From a virus (lineage: Duplodnaviria; Caudoviricetes): a stretch of DNA of 61,231 nt. Position 1 is the first letter of the stretch. The number at the start of each line of letters is the position of its first letter. Of the stretch, positions 7,241 through 17,500 are shown piece by piece. The stretch is taken from positions 1 through 61,231 of the IMG/VR virus record IMGVR_UViG_3300043420_000933. One strand, given 5' to 3'. The notes below the pieces were generated by a model that saw only the letters and a program-made list of their open reading frames with translations, was not told the DNA's origin and made no database searches. A program made the translations under genes and the position numbers.

Positions 7241-8356
7241 TCAAGAAGTAGTTTCTTGGGTTTCGATAAAATCTGCGTCAATTTTATCGTAAAGTTCTAC
7301 AAAACAAGTTTTTGTCTCATCATCAAATCCAGAAAGACAAAGATTGATTGCCTTACTTTTTTTACCAAAAATAGAATATGCTTTTAGAATATGGACTAAA
7401 CGACGAGTTGAAATTACTTCGTCAATGCCACCATCAGCAAAAGTTTTTCTTACAATTTCTGCCCAAGTGCAAAGATGGGAAATAAAATCAGTATGTTCCT
7501 TAATCATAGGAATTTTAAGTGATTCCGCAATTTTAGTCAAAATTTTAGTTTCAACAGAAATAGTAGGATAACTTTGTTCCATCATAATTGGGAAACGGTC
7601 AAGCATAGCAGAGTTCATAACATTAGTGCCGATGAAACGTCCATCATCACTACCCTTGCCCTTCGTGTTGGCAGTTGCAATCACATTGAAACCTGCCTTT
7701 GGATATACCTGCTTACCGATTTTCTTGAGAAACACACCCTTACCCTCAAGAATGGATTGCAGACACATAATCTTATTAGATGCCAGGTCAATCTCATCAA
7801 GGAGGAGAACAGCACCACGTTCCATTGCTTCTACAACAGGACCGTTATGCCACACAGTTTCCCCATTCACGAGACGGAAACCACCAAGCAAATCATCAGA
7901 GTCAGTCTCAATCGTAATATTAACACGAATGAGTTCCCTCTTCAGTTGAGCACAAGATTGCTCAATGCTAAAAGTTTTACCATTACCAGAGAGACCAGTG
8001 ATGAACACAGGATAAAAAATCCCAGACTGAACAACTTTCTTAACATCAGTAAAGTTGCCAAAGCTGACGAAGGTATCATCTTTATCAGGAACGAGGTTTT
8101 GCTTTACATTATCCATAATTGCTACTGGATTAGCAGAAGGAGAAGCATAAGTTTCTTCAAGTTCTTGCACGGTTGCCTCCAGATTCCATTTACCACGACC
8201 CACCTTGTATTGATTCAGATACTTGGAGAGAGTCGCATAGGTTGTATCAAGTTCTGCTGCTACTTCTTTGACAGCATCAGCACCAAACTCGGTGCCATAC
8301 TTTTCTTTCAGAATGGAGAGTGCTTGTTCAATCATAGTGTTAGATTTGGTAGGCAT
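7241..8356 (-). CDS. cobS: MoxR-type AAA+ ATPase (phage CobS-like)
   Basis: Walker A GLSGNGKT, Walker B LLLDEID, sensor TANTKGKG; standard T4-like cyanophage gene. Confidence 0.92.
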   Translation of the reverse strand: MPTKSNTMIEQALSILKEKYGTEFGADAVKEVAAELDTTYATLSKYLNQYKVGRGKWNLEATVQELEETYASPSANPVAIMDNVKQNLVPDKDDTFVSFGNFTDVKKVVQSGIFYPVFITGLSGNGKTFSIEQSCAQLKRELIRVNITIETDSDDLLGGFRLVNGETVWHNGPVVEAMERGAVLLLDEIDLASNKIMCLQSILEGKGVFLKKIGKQVYPKAGFNVIATANTKGKGSDDGRFIGTNVMNSAMLDRFPIMMEQSYPTISVETKILTKIAESLKIPMIKEHTDFISHLCTWAEIVRKTFADGGIDEVISTRRLVHILKAYSIFGKKSKAINLCLSGFDDETKTCFVELYDKIDADFIETQETTS

Positions 8357-8378
8357 CGGTTTGTTTGATTACTCCGTA

Positions 8379-8435
8379 ATTCTACCACGAATTGTGGGTG
8401 AGGGAGTGGTGAGAGGGACAGTTCAAAGACCGTCC
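8379..8435 (-). promoter_or_regulatory. Palindrome-box promoter of cobS
   Basis: ggacagt-N6-accgtcc (8416-8435), 31 bp from TAGAAT with extended TG. Confidence 0.65.
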
Positions 8436-8437
8436 CT

Positions 8438-8471
8438 CATAAATAACTATGATTAAGTTAATCATAGTTAT
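8438..8471 (+). promoter_or_regulatory. Late promoter CATAAATA plus 14-bp perfect inverted repeat ending at the HNH ATG
   Basis: ataactatgattaa-g-ttaatcatagttat 8443-8471. Confidence 0.7.
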
Positions 8472-8846
8472 ATGAAAACCATAAATGGATTTTCCGAATA
8501 TAAAATATCAAAAGATGGAAAAATATATTCCAAAAAAGGAAAAGTATCAAAAATCTGCAATAATTCCTTTGGTTATCCAGTTGTCAATGTAAAAAATGAT
8601 GAGGGTAAATGGAGAATAAAGGCAGTTCATAGATTATTGGCAGAAACATATATCCCAAATCCAAATAATTTGCCCGAAGTAAATCATAAAGATAGAGATA
8701 GACAAAATTACAATCTTGATAATTTAGAATGGGTCAGCAAATCTGACAACAATAAAAATAGAGTCCAATTTACATCCAATATAGACAAAGAAGTGTGGGC
8801 AATAAATTACCTAAAAAATCTGGGTTATACAGTATATAAAGAGTAA
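8472..8846 (+). mobile_element. NUMOD4-HNH (I-HmuI-like) homing endonuclease
   Basis: YKISKDGKIYS (NUMOD4); VHRLLAETYIPNPNNLPEVNHKD...NLEWVS (HNH); inverted relative to its neighbours. Confidence 0.9.
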
Positions 8847-8890
8847 GAAAAAGGTATAGGGGGGTGCCCAATGGACAGTCCCCCAGGTGG

Positions 8891-11074
8891 TCAAGCAACA
8901 AGACTAATGAAGGAACCAAGAAGTTTCTTATTAGTCTTTTTCTTACCCAAAACTTTAGTGAATGCTGTTTTTATCTGTGCTTTCGTTGCGTTCTCGGGAA
9001 CAACAAAGTCCTCATCTTGTGCGAGAGAAGATGATGCAATCACATTGAATTGGTCAAAACCAGTTCCTTGGAATTGAACACAACTGTTCTTGCGATAATC
9101 TGCCTTCACCTTTTCATAGTTCTCTTGACCGTTCCCATACCAACGATAGCAAGTCTGGAAATCACGACCAGGAGTGATACGGAAGTTAATAAGATTCACA
9201 GTCGGGAACCTGTCTTTCACGGTCTGCAGAAGAACTTTAGCATAACGAGGGAAATTATCATAGTCCAGAGCAGGATAGACACGACCAGTCTTCCTATCAC
9301 GAATCGTAGTGCGACTATGCCTCGTATTACCAATGTATTCAGAAGAATCGGGATAACAACCCTTACGAGCAACCGTCACCGAATTCTGGTATCCCTCACC
9401 ATCAGTTAGGAAAACAACATTCACCTTCTGAAGTTTATTCTTTTCCTGGAAATCAGGAATCAGAGAGTGAAGGGCAATCATACTTTCACCGATAGGAGAA
9501 CCCGAAAGGTCCAGGTGAGGAGGAACAATGCCAGCACGTTTCTGATACGCATAGCAAACAGACCAGATATTCTTGAGTTGTTCATCAAGAACTCGGTTAT
9601 TTACTTTACTGGTGAAGAAATTCATCAGACGGAATGACTGTTCTGGAGCAAGAACACCAGCAACCTTTTCATACACAGGAGGATGATTGGGTTGTAGTTC
9701 CATATAGGAATGAGCATCCAGAGTGAAGGCATACACCTCAAAAGGAATGTTTACTTTCTTACAGAACCAAATAAGATTCAGCAGTTGCTTATAAGCATCC
9801 AGAAGGAATTCACCCATTGAACCAGACCAGTCAAGAATGAAGATAAGACCGTGATTCTTACCGTCAGGAACCACAGAAACCTTCTTAAACAGGTCTTCGT
9901 TGAACTTATAGGTGTGGAGTTTAGAAGTGTCTAGAATACCCGTGCGAGCAGTGCTAGACCGAGCATATTGGTCGGCAGACTTCTTACACTCAAACTCTTT
10001 TACCAGATAAGAAACTTCTTTTTCGGCAGACTTCTTGTAGGTATTATATTCCTTAGAAGTAAAATCAAAAGTCTCTTTGTAATAAGAACCACGAGTTTCA
10101 TAGAACTCTTTTGCTTTACGATGGATGAACTCGTTAGGAATTACCATCGTCTCAAGATTCATCTTGGGAAGTTCCACATAATGAGTTTCCTGAGCATACT
10201 TATCTACAAGGTCTTGAGACTTTTCATCAAAAGAACGAGAAGTCTTGGAAGTCAGTTCATCTTTATTGGTTTCACCGTGCTGATTGCTTGCTTCCTGACC
10301 GAAACCACCACCATTAGGTGCTTCCATAGACTTATTCATCTCATCACCGAAAGATTCACCTTCAGTTTGAGACTGACCCTGCGAATCTTGCTCCAGTTCA
10401 GATTTATTCTGACCGTCTTGACCCTCTCCCTCTTGAGAAGAATCAGAAGAACCTTCGGTCTGCTCACCAGCACCCTGAGAAGAATCACCTTCACCAGGAG
10501 TAGGCATAACTTGAACCTCTTGCTTTTTATACTTCACATACTCAGTGATTTCACGAGCAAGTTGAAGCACTTCATCAAAAGTTTCAGTCTGCGAAGCACG
10601 AGTCAGAAACTCATTCTCTTCATCATTGAAACAGATGTTATGAAATGCACCAATCTTGTAGTAAAGATTGATTCGATCAATGAAAGTCAGTTCATCCAGG
10701 TTCTCATCTTTCGTTGAGAAGAAGTCATCGTTGTTCAGTTCATTATACCCATTGTAAAAAGTCCGAGACAGACCAGGATACTTTTTCTTTATCAAACGTT
10801 CTACACGAACATCCTCAAGAACATTCACAAAATCTTTGGGAACTTCAGGATAATCAACAGTCCAGTCAATGTTAGGTGTTGCGAGACTATGCCCTACCTC
10901 GTGGGCCACCAAAAGTGTGTACACTACATCACTTGCGCGGTCCCAAGTCGGTAAAGTGAGAATACGACGGTCCACATCAAACATAGCAGTTGGGACTTTT
11001 CTATGCTCAATGATAATATTTTCCATGGCCAAACATTTGGCCAACATTCCTTTAACTTCTAGATTAACGGACAT
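8891..11074 (-). CDS. CobT-like partner: HExxH peptidase-like N-terminus, acidic linker, VWA domain
   Basis: HEVGH; FILDWSGSM MIDAS; FLTDGEG; adjacent to cobS. Start placed at MSVNLE because the 11104 ATG lies inside the -10 box. Confidence 0.85.
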   Translation of the reverse strand: MSVNLEVKGMLAKCLAMENIIIEHRKVPTAMFDVDRRILTLPTWDRASDVVYTLLVAHEVGHSLATPNIDWTVDYPEVPKDFVNVLEDVRVERLIKKKYPGLSRTFYNGYNELNNDDFFSTKDENLDELTFIDRINLYYKIGAFHNICFNDEENEFLTRASQTETFDEVLQLAREITEYVKYKKQEVQVMPTPGEGDSSQGAGEQTEGSSDSSQEGEGQDGQNKSELEQDSQGQSQTEGESFGDEMNKSMEAPNGGGFGQEASNQHGETNKDELTSKTSRSFDEKSQDLVDKYAQETHYVELPKMNLETMVIPNEFIHRKAKEFYETRGSYYKETFDFTSKEYNTYKKSAEKEVSYLVKEFECKKSADQYARSSTARTGILDTSKLHTYKFNEDLFKKVSVVPDGKNHGLIFILDWSGSMGEFLLDAYKQLLNLIWFCKKVNIPFEVYAFTLDAHSYMELQPNHPPVYEKVAGVLAPEQSFRLMNFFTSKVNNRVLDEQLKNIWSVCYAYQKRAGIVPPHLDLSGSPIGESMIALHSLIPDFQEKNKLQKVNVVFLTDGEGYQNSVTVARKGCYPDSSEYIGNTRHSRTTIRDRKTGRVYPALDYDNFPRYAKVLLQTVKDRFPTVNLINFRITPGRDFQTCYRWYGNGQENYEKVKADYRKNSCVQFQGTGFDQFNVIASSSLAQDEDFVVPENATKAQIKTAFTKVLGKKKTNKKLLGSFISLVA

Positions 11075-11099
11075 CAGGGGTCTGCTTTGAACTTCTAGT

Positions 11100-11156
11100 A
11101 TCATAGCAGGTCCTAAGGGACCTTTAATGGTGGATTGGACAGTTTTTCAACTGACA
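11100..11156 (-). promoter_or_regulatory. Palindrome-box promoter of the cobT-like gene
   Basis: ggacagt-N6-actgaca (11137-11156), 31 bp from TATGAT with extended TG. Confidence 0.65.
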
Positions 11157-11294
11157 CAATGACTTTATGAGTTTTTACTTTTCCTGCGTAAATTTTACCT
11201 GTAATTAGAAGAAAATAACCTCAGAGTTTGTGGATACTTTTCCTTGTCTCTATAATTACTAAAGTAATAGTAGGAACTTCATTTTTTAATTATA

Positions 11295-11328
11295 AAAAGG
11301 GACAATACCCTTATCCCTTTTATTTATT
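11295..11328 (-). terminator. Hairpin/terminator preceded by late-promoter-like AATAAATA
   Basis: aaaaggga...tccctttt stem. Confidence 0.5.
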
Positions 11329-11494
11329 CTTCTTCTTGCCCCTCATTTTCCAAATTACTTAGTGCTTCAAGTGCTCCTTGAACTTTAAGAAATTCTTCTT
11401 TTTTGGCATTAAATTCTTGCTCTAATGCAAGAAGTTCATCACGAATTTGAATTGCTTTTTTTGTTAGAGTCTCTGTCATTTCTTCCTTAGTCAT
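11324..11494 (-). CDS. Small coiled-coil hypothetical protein (56 aa)
   Basis: Manual translation MTKEEMTETLTKK...FLKVQGALEAL. Confidence 0.65.
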   Translation of the reverse strand: MTKEEMTETLTKKAIQIRDELLALEQEFNAKKEEFLKVQGALEALSNLENEGQEEE

Positions 11495-11521
11495 ATGAAT
11501 ATAGAATAACTACGAGGATAT

Positions 11522-14500
11522 TTATGCGACTCTCATAATGAAAGCGAGAGCATAGTATGGGGGTAAATTTTTACCTGTTCCAGATTCACCTTCAGAATTA
11601 ATGGAAATTCCTGTGGTTTGACTGCTAATGTTTGTTCCATTCACAGTTGAATTACGTGTAGAACTGTTAGATTCCCATCTCCATCCAGATCCCGCTCCAC
11701 CATCATCTGCCGAACTTGCTAATAAATTGTGATTATGACCAGGATCAGTAATACCGTGAGAGTGAGAAACAACAACTGCATCAGCAGAACCACCAGTAGC
11801 ACCTACTCCATAAGCACTTCCAGCACCTACAATAAATCTATCTCGTAGATTTGGAGTGCCATTGGCACCATTACATAATGCCCAACCAGTGGGAATGGAT
11901 GCTGTGCTTCCAGACCACATAATAATTCCACCAACTGGAGTTATTCCTGCCAATGCTGTATTTGCTGTTGTTTGTGCTTTACTTGCAGCAGTTACTGCGT
12001 TGTTTGCTGTTGTTTGTGCTTTACTTGCAGCAGTTACCGCACTATTTGCTGTTGTTTTTACTGTATCTAAACTGGTTCCATCTGTAGTTGATGCAATTGC
12101 CCATTTAAGATTTCCGTTCTGTTCTGTATCAACAGTGAGAACTTGATTATTGCTTCCATTTGGAAGTATTTTTGCAGCATTATCTGAAGTTCCAACAAGA
12201 ATATCACCTTCATTTTCCCAGTCTTGATTAGAAACAAGACTTCCTTGACCACCAAGAGCAAGAATAAAGCAAGGTATTCCCGCAGGAGGTGCATCAACAA
12301 AAACAATTGTATTTGTATATTCTCCATTTTCTTGCTTAATAGAGTAATCAGTAGATGGTTTTTGAATAACACCACCAAGAGAAACAATTAAATTATCAGG
12401 ACCTAAAGGTATAAATGCTTCTGGGGGATTTTCTGGTGTTTGCAATAAAAATTCTTTCGCAGTTCCATCAAAGAATTCACTAATATCTTTTAATATTAAA
12501 GAATTTCCAGTAGGTAAATTTGAAATCGCAATAGGTGGTTGCGGAGTATAACCAAGAGCATTTATAACATCATCTTGTGTCAATGCTGTTTCTGTTCCAT
12601 CTACTCTCAATATATTTGGAACTCCATTCAAAGCACCACCACCAGTTTTCACAAACGAACCGGCAGTTATTGCACCAGTAACTCCAAGACTTCCTCCAAA
12701 AATTGATTGATTGACTGAATTGACAGTCAGTGTTCCATCAGAAACAATTGTTCCTTTTGTGGTAATGTTTCCTGTATTTCCTGCAACAATAAATTTATCA
12801 GTATTAACTGTAATGTCAGATACTGTTAATGTTGCTCCACTTGTATTAACAAGATTAGAAAGATTTAAACTTCCTCTAATAGTTGCAGCACCAACTGAGT
12901 TAACTTCAAATCTTGATGGTGTATTCAGACCTCTCAAAGTTAAAGAACCAAGAACACTTAAGTCACCATCACTATTAACTCTTAGTTTTGTTTCAACTTG
13001 ATTTCTTGCTGTATTCTCACCAACAGAATCAAAGTTTTCTTGCCCTGAGGCAACAGAACTATTTGGACTTGCTAATTTCCAAGAATATCCATCACTTACA
13101 TCAATACCTGCATACCATCTTTGATTGCTCGCAGCATTTGCAAACCAAGAAAGAACTACGTCACCATTTCCTATATTTCTAAGTCTAAAATGACTTCCCC
13201 TTAAGTCTGTTCCATCATTGTTACTTGTATAAGTTGCAGTTCTTGCAGCACCAACTCTAAATCTTTCAATTCCTTGGTTTTGTAAAATAGTATCGGTAGA
13301 ATCATTGTGATTGACTATAAATCCAGAAGTGCTACTTGATGAAAGTTTTGTTCTTCCCCCAGAAACAATTTCTTCAGTGTCCCCAGAAGAAGATATTCCA
13401 ATTATTCCGTGTACTTGTAGTTTTGATGATAGATTCGTAGTTCCTAAGCCAAGATTTCCCGAACCAGTTATAACAAGATTAGTAATACCACCATCAGAGA
13501 ATGCAATTTCATCACCATCAGGTACATTAATGACTAGTCCAGATTTATACTTTTCGGTAGTCTCTACTGCTTGTAATGTTGCTCTTTTTTGTTGAATGGG
13601 TGAATATAAATTCAAACCGGTATGTATTCCAACATCACCAAATGAAACAAGTTTTTCTGTTGGGTTTGTGGTTCCTATGCCAATAGAACCACTAAAATAA
13701 GCACCACCATCTACTTGAAGTAATTGGTTTGAAGTTCCTGTAAAAGTTGTAGTTCCAATTCCAACAAGACCACTTATAAACGTAGAAACTCCAGCAACCT
13801 CTAAATCATAGAATCTACTTATGAGTCTTGGAGCATTTCCACCAGGAACCGAATCCCCTGGATTATGAACATAAATGGCATAATTAGTTTCTCCTGCTCC
13901 AACTCCACTAAAGAAAGCAGTTTTTCTGATATTAATATTAGCAAAATTAACATCACTTAATGTGACATTAGAATCAATTACAAAATCTCCAACAATTTGA
14001 ACATTTTGGAATTTTGACTTTCCCCCAACATAAAAAATTGAATCATTAACACCACCAAAATCTGAAAATGCATTTGAATTTCCAATACCAATTTTATCAA
14101 CTTTAAAGTCTAAAATATCTTTAGATTGACTGATTAAACCAAACTTTTTCCATTCACTATCAACATAAACTTGACCAATATAACCTTCTTCCAAAGTTGG
14201 AATTGATTTGAGAGAAATATTACCACGATTTGCTAAATTTGCATCGGTTGGGGTTGATATTCCAACTGTAAGTAATTTGTAACTAGATGTATCTCCTTTT
14301 ATATAAAGGTTTTTAGTATTAATTCCTTCATCAGATGTATTTACGACTTTTTTATTGAAACTTACTGGTCCATAAAATTGACTTGTTTCTTTTGCTCCAT
14401 CACCACCCTCAACGGTAATTCTTCCTCTTGCTAAAACATTATCAAAAGTTGCATCCAATTTATTATTATTTGTTCCTTCTGCATCATCTCCAGTGAAACT

Positions 14501-17500
14501 AAGAATTGGAGCCTCAACAATTTTTTCTTCACCAGTGGATGAACTTAGTTTCTTTGCACCAGAATAGAATTCACCAACATCGTTCATTCCTGTATAAACA
14601 ACCACTCCACCTTTTTGCTTTCTTGCTTGTGATACAAGAACATCATCCTCTGTTAAAATTCTAGTTTGCTTTTGTGGCATACCAGTGGAATAGTTTCCTG
14701 GACCATATCCAAGATATTCAAAAGTATGTCCAGATGCTCTCATAAATGAAGGTCTACGAACCTCCATTGGCATTACATTTATTTTCTTAACTTGTGTTCC
14801 TGCTTCCGCAGTAGTTTTAAATGTACTGAATGCACCACGAAGAACATTAAAAGTGTTCGTAGATGTTGAATTTGTAAGACGAATAATTTCATTGTTTATG
14901 GAGACATAATCACCACGTTCAAATCCTTTAGAACTTGTTAATGTAATCGATGTGCTATCTAAAAGAATTGCTGATGAAATTGTTGTTGTAATTCCAGCAT
15001 AAAAATAAGATGCTCTAGAACCAAGAGTGTCTTCACCTCTAGACAAAACAAGTTCATTTGAACTCAAAGAGTGCTTCAGGAGTGTACCTGTAGTTGAAAC
15101 TGCAGTTTGAGTTACAACCCCAACCCCAACATTAAAAGTAAATGTGGTTAATCCAACGTTTTCCTTTACAACAAATGTTTTATCATAAATTGTATGTCCA
15201 CTACCAACAATTGTAAATTTATTTCCTCTAAGCAATCCGTGGGCAATATTTGTTGTGACTGTAACTATTCCCGTATTAACATCATTAAATCTAAAAGAAT
15301 TGATACCAATACCTTTGGATGATAGCATTGCCAATGGAGTTCTTCCATTCGTATTTGGTTGATATGATGGAACTCCACTTGGAACATAAATTTCAATAGA
15401 TTTTGCAGATGGAACACTTAGAATCTTATAAACACCATCAATTTCTGTGGTGTTGAATCCACGTATTTCCAATGCATCCCCAACATTGTTATTAATCTCT
15501 AAAACTTCTGCTTTTGCGTAAATCGTTGGAGTGATTCCAGATGGACCAGAGACATCCAAAACATCCCCTACAGAATACATTGACCCACTATCAACTATTT
15601 TAACTAAGTTTGCATTAATTGTTCCAGTTGAACCAACAACAGGAACATAGAGAGAAGCATTCTGACCAGTTCCTCCAACCAAAGATGATGAATATATTGT
15701 GGTATTACCATATCCAGCACCTGATGTTCCTGCACCTGTTGGGCTTTTTATTGCTATTGACTTAATTGAATTTAAATTGTGTTCAATGCTTGTATGTAAT
15801 GTGACTGTAGTATACCCAGTTCCCGATACAACAACACCAGTAATTCCAAATCCAACATTTGTGTTCTTTATGAAGGAATTTATTGCCTCTCTTGTAATAG
15901 ATTTTCTTCTATCGTTAGTTATAACTTTTCCAATCACAGATGCATCAGCATAACTGACTACCTCTGATGGGTCTGACTCAAAATTATCACGATCAATTTG
16001 TGGATATAAGTTTCTTACATCTTGATTGAATGCTTTACTTGAAAGATTGTATCCAATATCTGAGGAAGGAGAAACATTTGATGATAAAACAATTAAATGA
16101 TAAACTCCATCTTGACCATATATTCCAGGAATATGAGGTTTAATTGTATCTACTCTATAGATATAAAAATCATTTTCATATTGTTCTCTAGATACTAAAG
16201 GTATATCTCTTCTTTCTTGATTTGTATCTCTTTCATTAATTAAGTTAGAAAATGTTCCAGGATTTACTTTTACACCAGAAATTTCATATGTGAAAGTCTT
16301 AGAACTTGGTACAGAATTAATTACATATGAACCATTATAAGATGAAGTAATTCCAACTCCAGATTGGTTATTTGTACTCTTAACCTTTTGTACTTTAACT
16401 TTATCCCCAACAGAAAATTTGTGAGGTTTTTCTGTTGTAATAGTTACTGTTTGCTTTCCTCCCGAAAGAGCACCAACTGATGCATTTGTTATAATTTTTT
16501 CATTTCTCAAATATGCTGGTGGTGTTAAATCAGTAATGCTTTGATTGTAATCAAAAGAAATTGGACTAATTCCTACATTTTTTGATTCCTGCAGTACAAA
16601 TCCTGCTTGTGGTGGTCTTGCACTAGTAAATTCCTTTGGGACTACATATCTTATTCTATAAATTCTATCCCGAATTGCACGATTGTCTAATTTTCTCTTT
16701 AAAAATGTAGATGATGTTTCATTTCCTAGAGACGTTGTTCCAAATCCAACAATAGATGGGAATATCTGATTATCTGATGAATTGCTACTTAAAATATACC
16801 ATTGCCCATTTGCATCATCGTACTGGATGGGACTTCCAATGTCTCCAGGTTTTTTATCTGTTACAGAACTTACAACGGTAAGAACACCACCTCTATCATT
16901 TATTCCTTTTATCTCATTTCCTGCGATTGCATCATTCAAAGAATATGCAAGTTTTACTTCATTTTGATTCAATCCTGTCGTAATTGCATATGCAACAACA
17001 CCTGCAGTAAGTCCGTTTGGAACTTCACCAGTATCCGAAAAAACTCTAACACTTTCTCCGTTAATTAGTTGATGATTAGTGCTTAAAGATAAAACATTAT
17101 TAGAAATATCGTTTAAATTGCCAATTCTAGATACTTGGTATGATTTGTATGCAGTAACTCCAACACCAGAAACAACTGGCATTAATATTGGAGCAGAGTA
17201 AACTGTTTGGGCAGTTCCAATTACTATGTTCAGATTTAATTTATCATTCGTCTTTGCGCCAATCTTAAATCCATCTACATCTTTTGATGGTAAAACTTCT
17301 TTATTCTTATAATCATAAAGATATAATTTTTCTGTAGAACCTACTGAAATAACCTTTGATACGTCAAGTGATAACCAATTGATGTTAGTTTCTGGTTCAT
17401 CTACTTCTTTTGGAGGGATAATATGAGTAATGTAACCAACATCATCTCTATCAAATGATTCATTCCTGTATCCAACAGACTCAAGTGAAATTGCACCAAA

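Noticed and set aside
7574-10717. Long plus-strand ORFs 7574..8368, 9050..9409 and 9968..10717
   Set aside because: Antisense shadows of cobS and the cobT-like gene caused by codon usage; no protein-like motifs
7241-11074. Cobalamin-synthesis auxiliary genes
   Set aside because: The cobS label is historical; motifs show a MoxR AAA+/VWA pair and no cobN or other B12 genes are present
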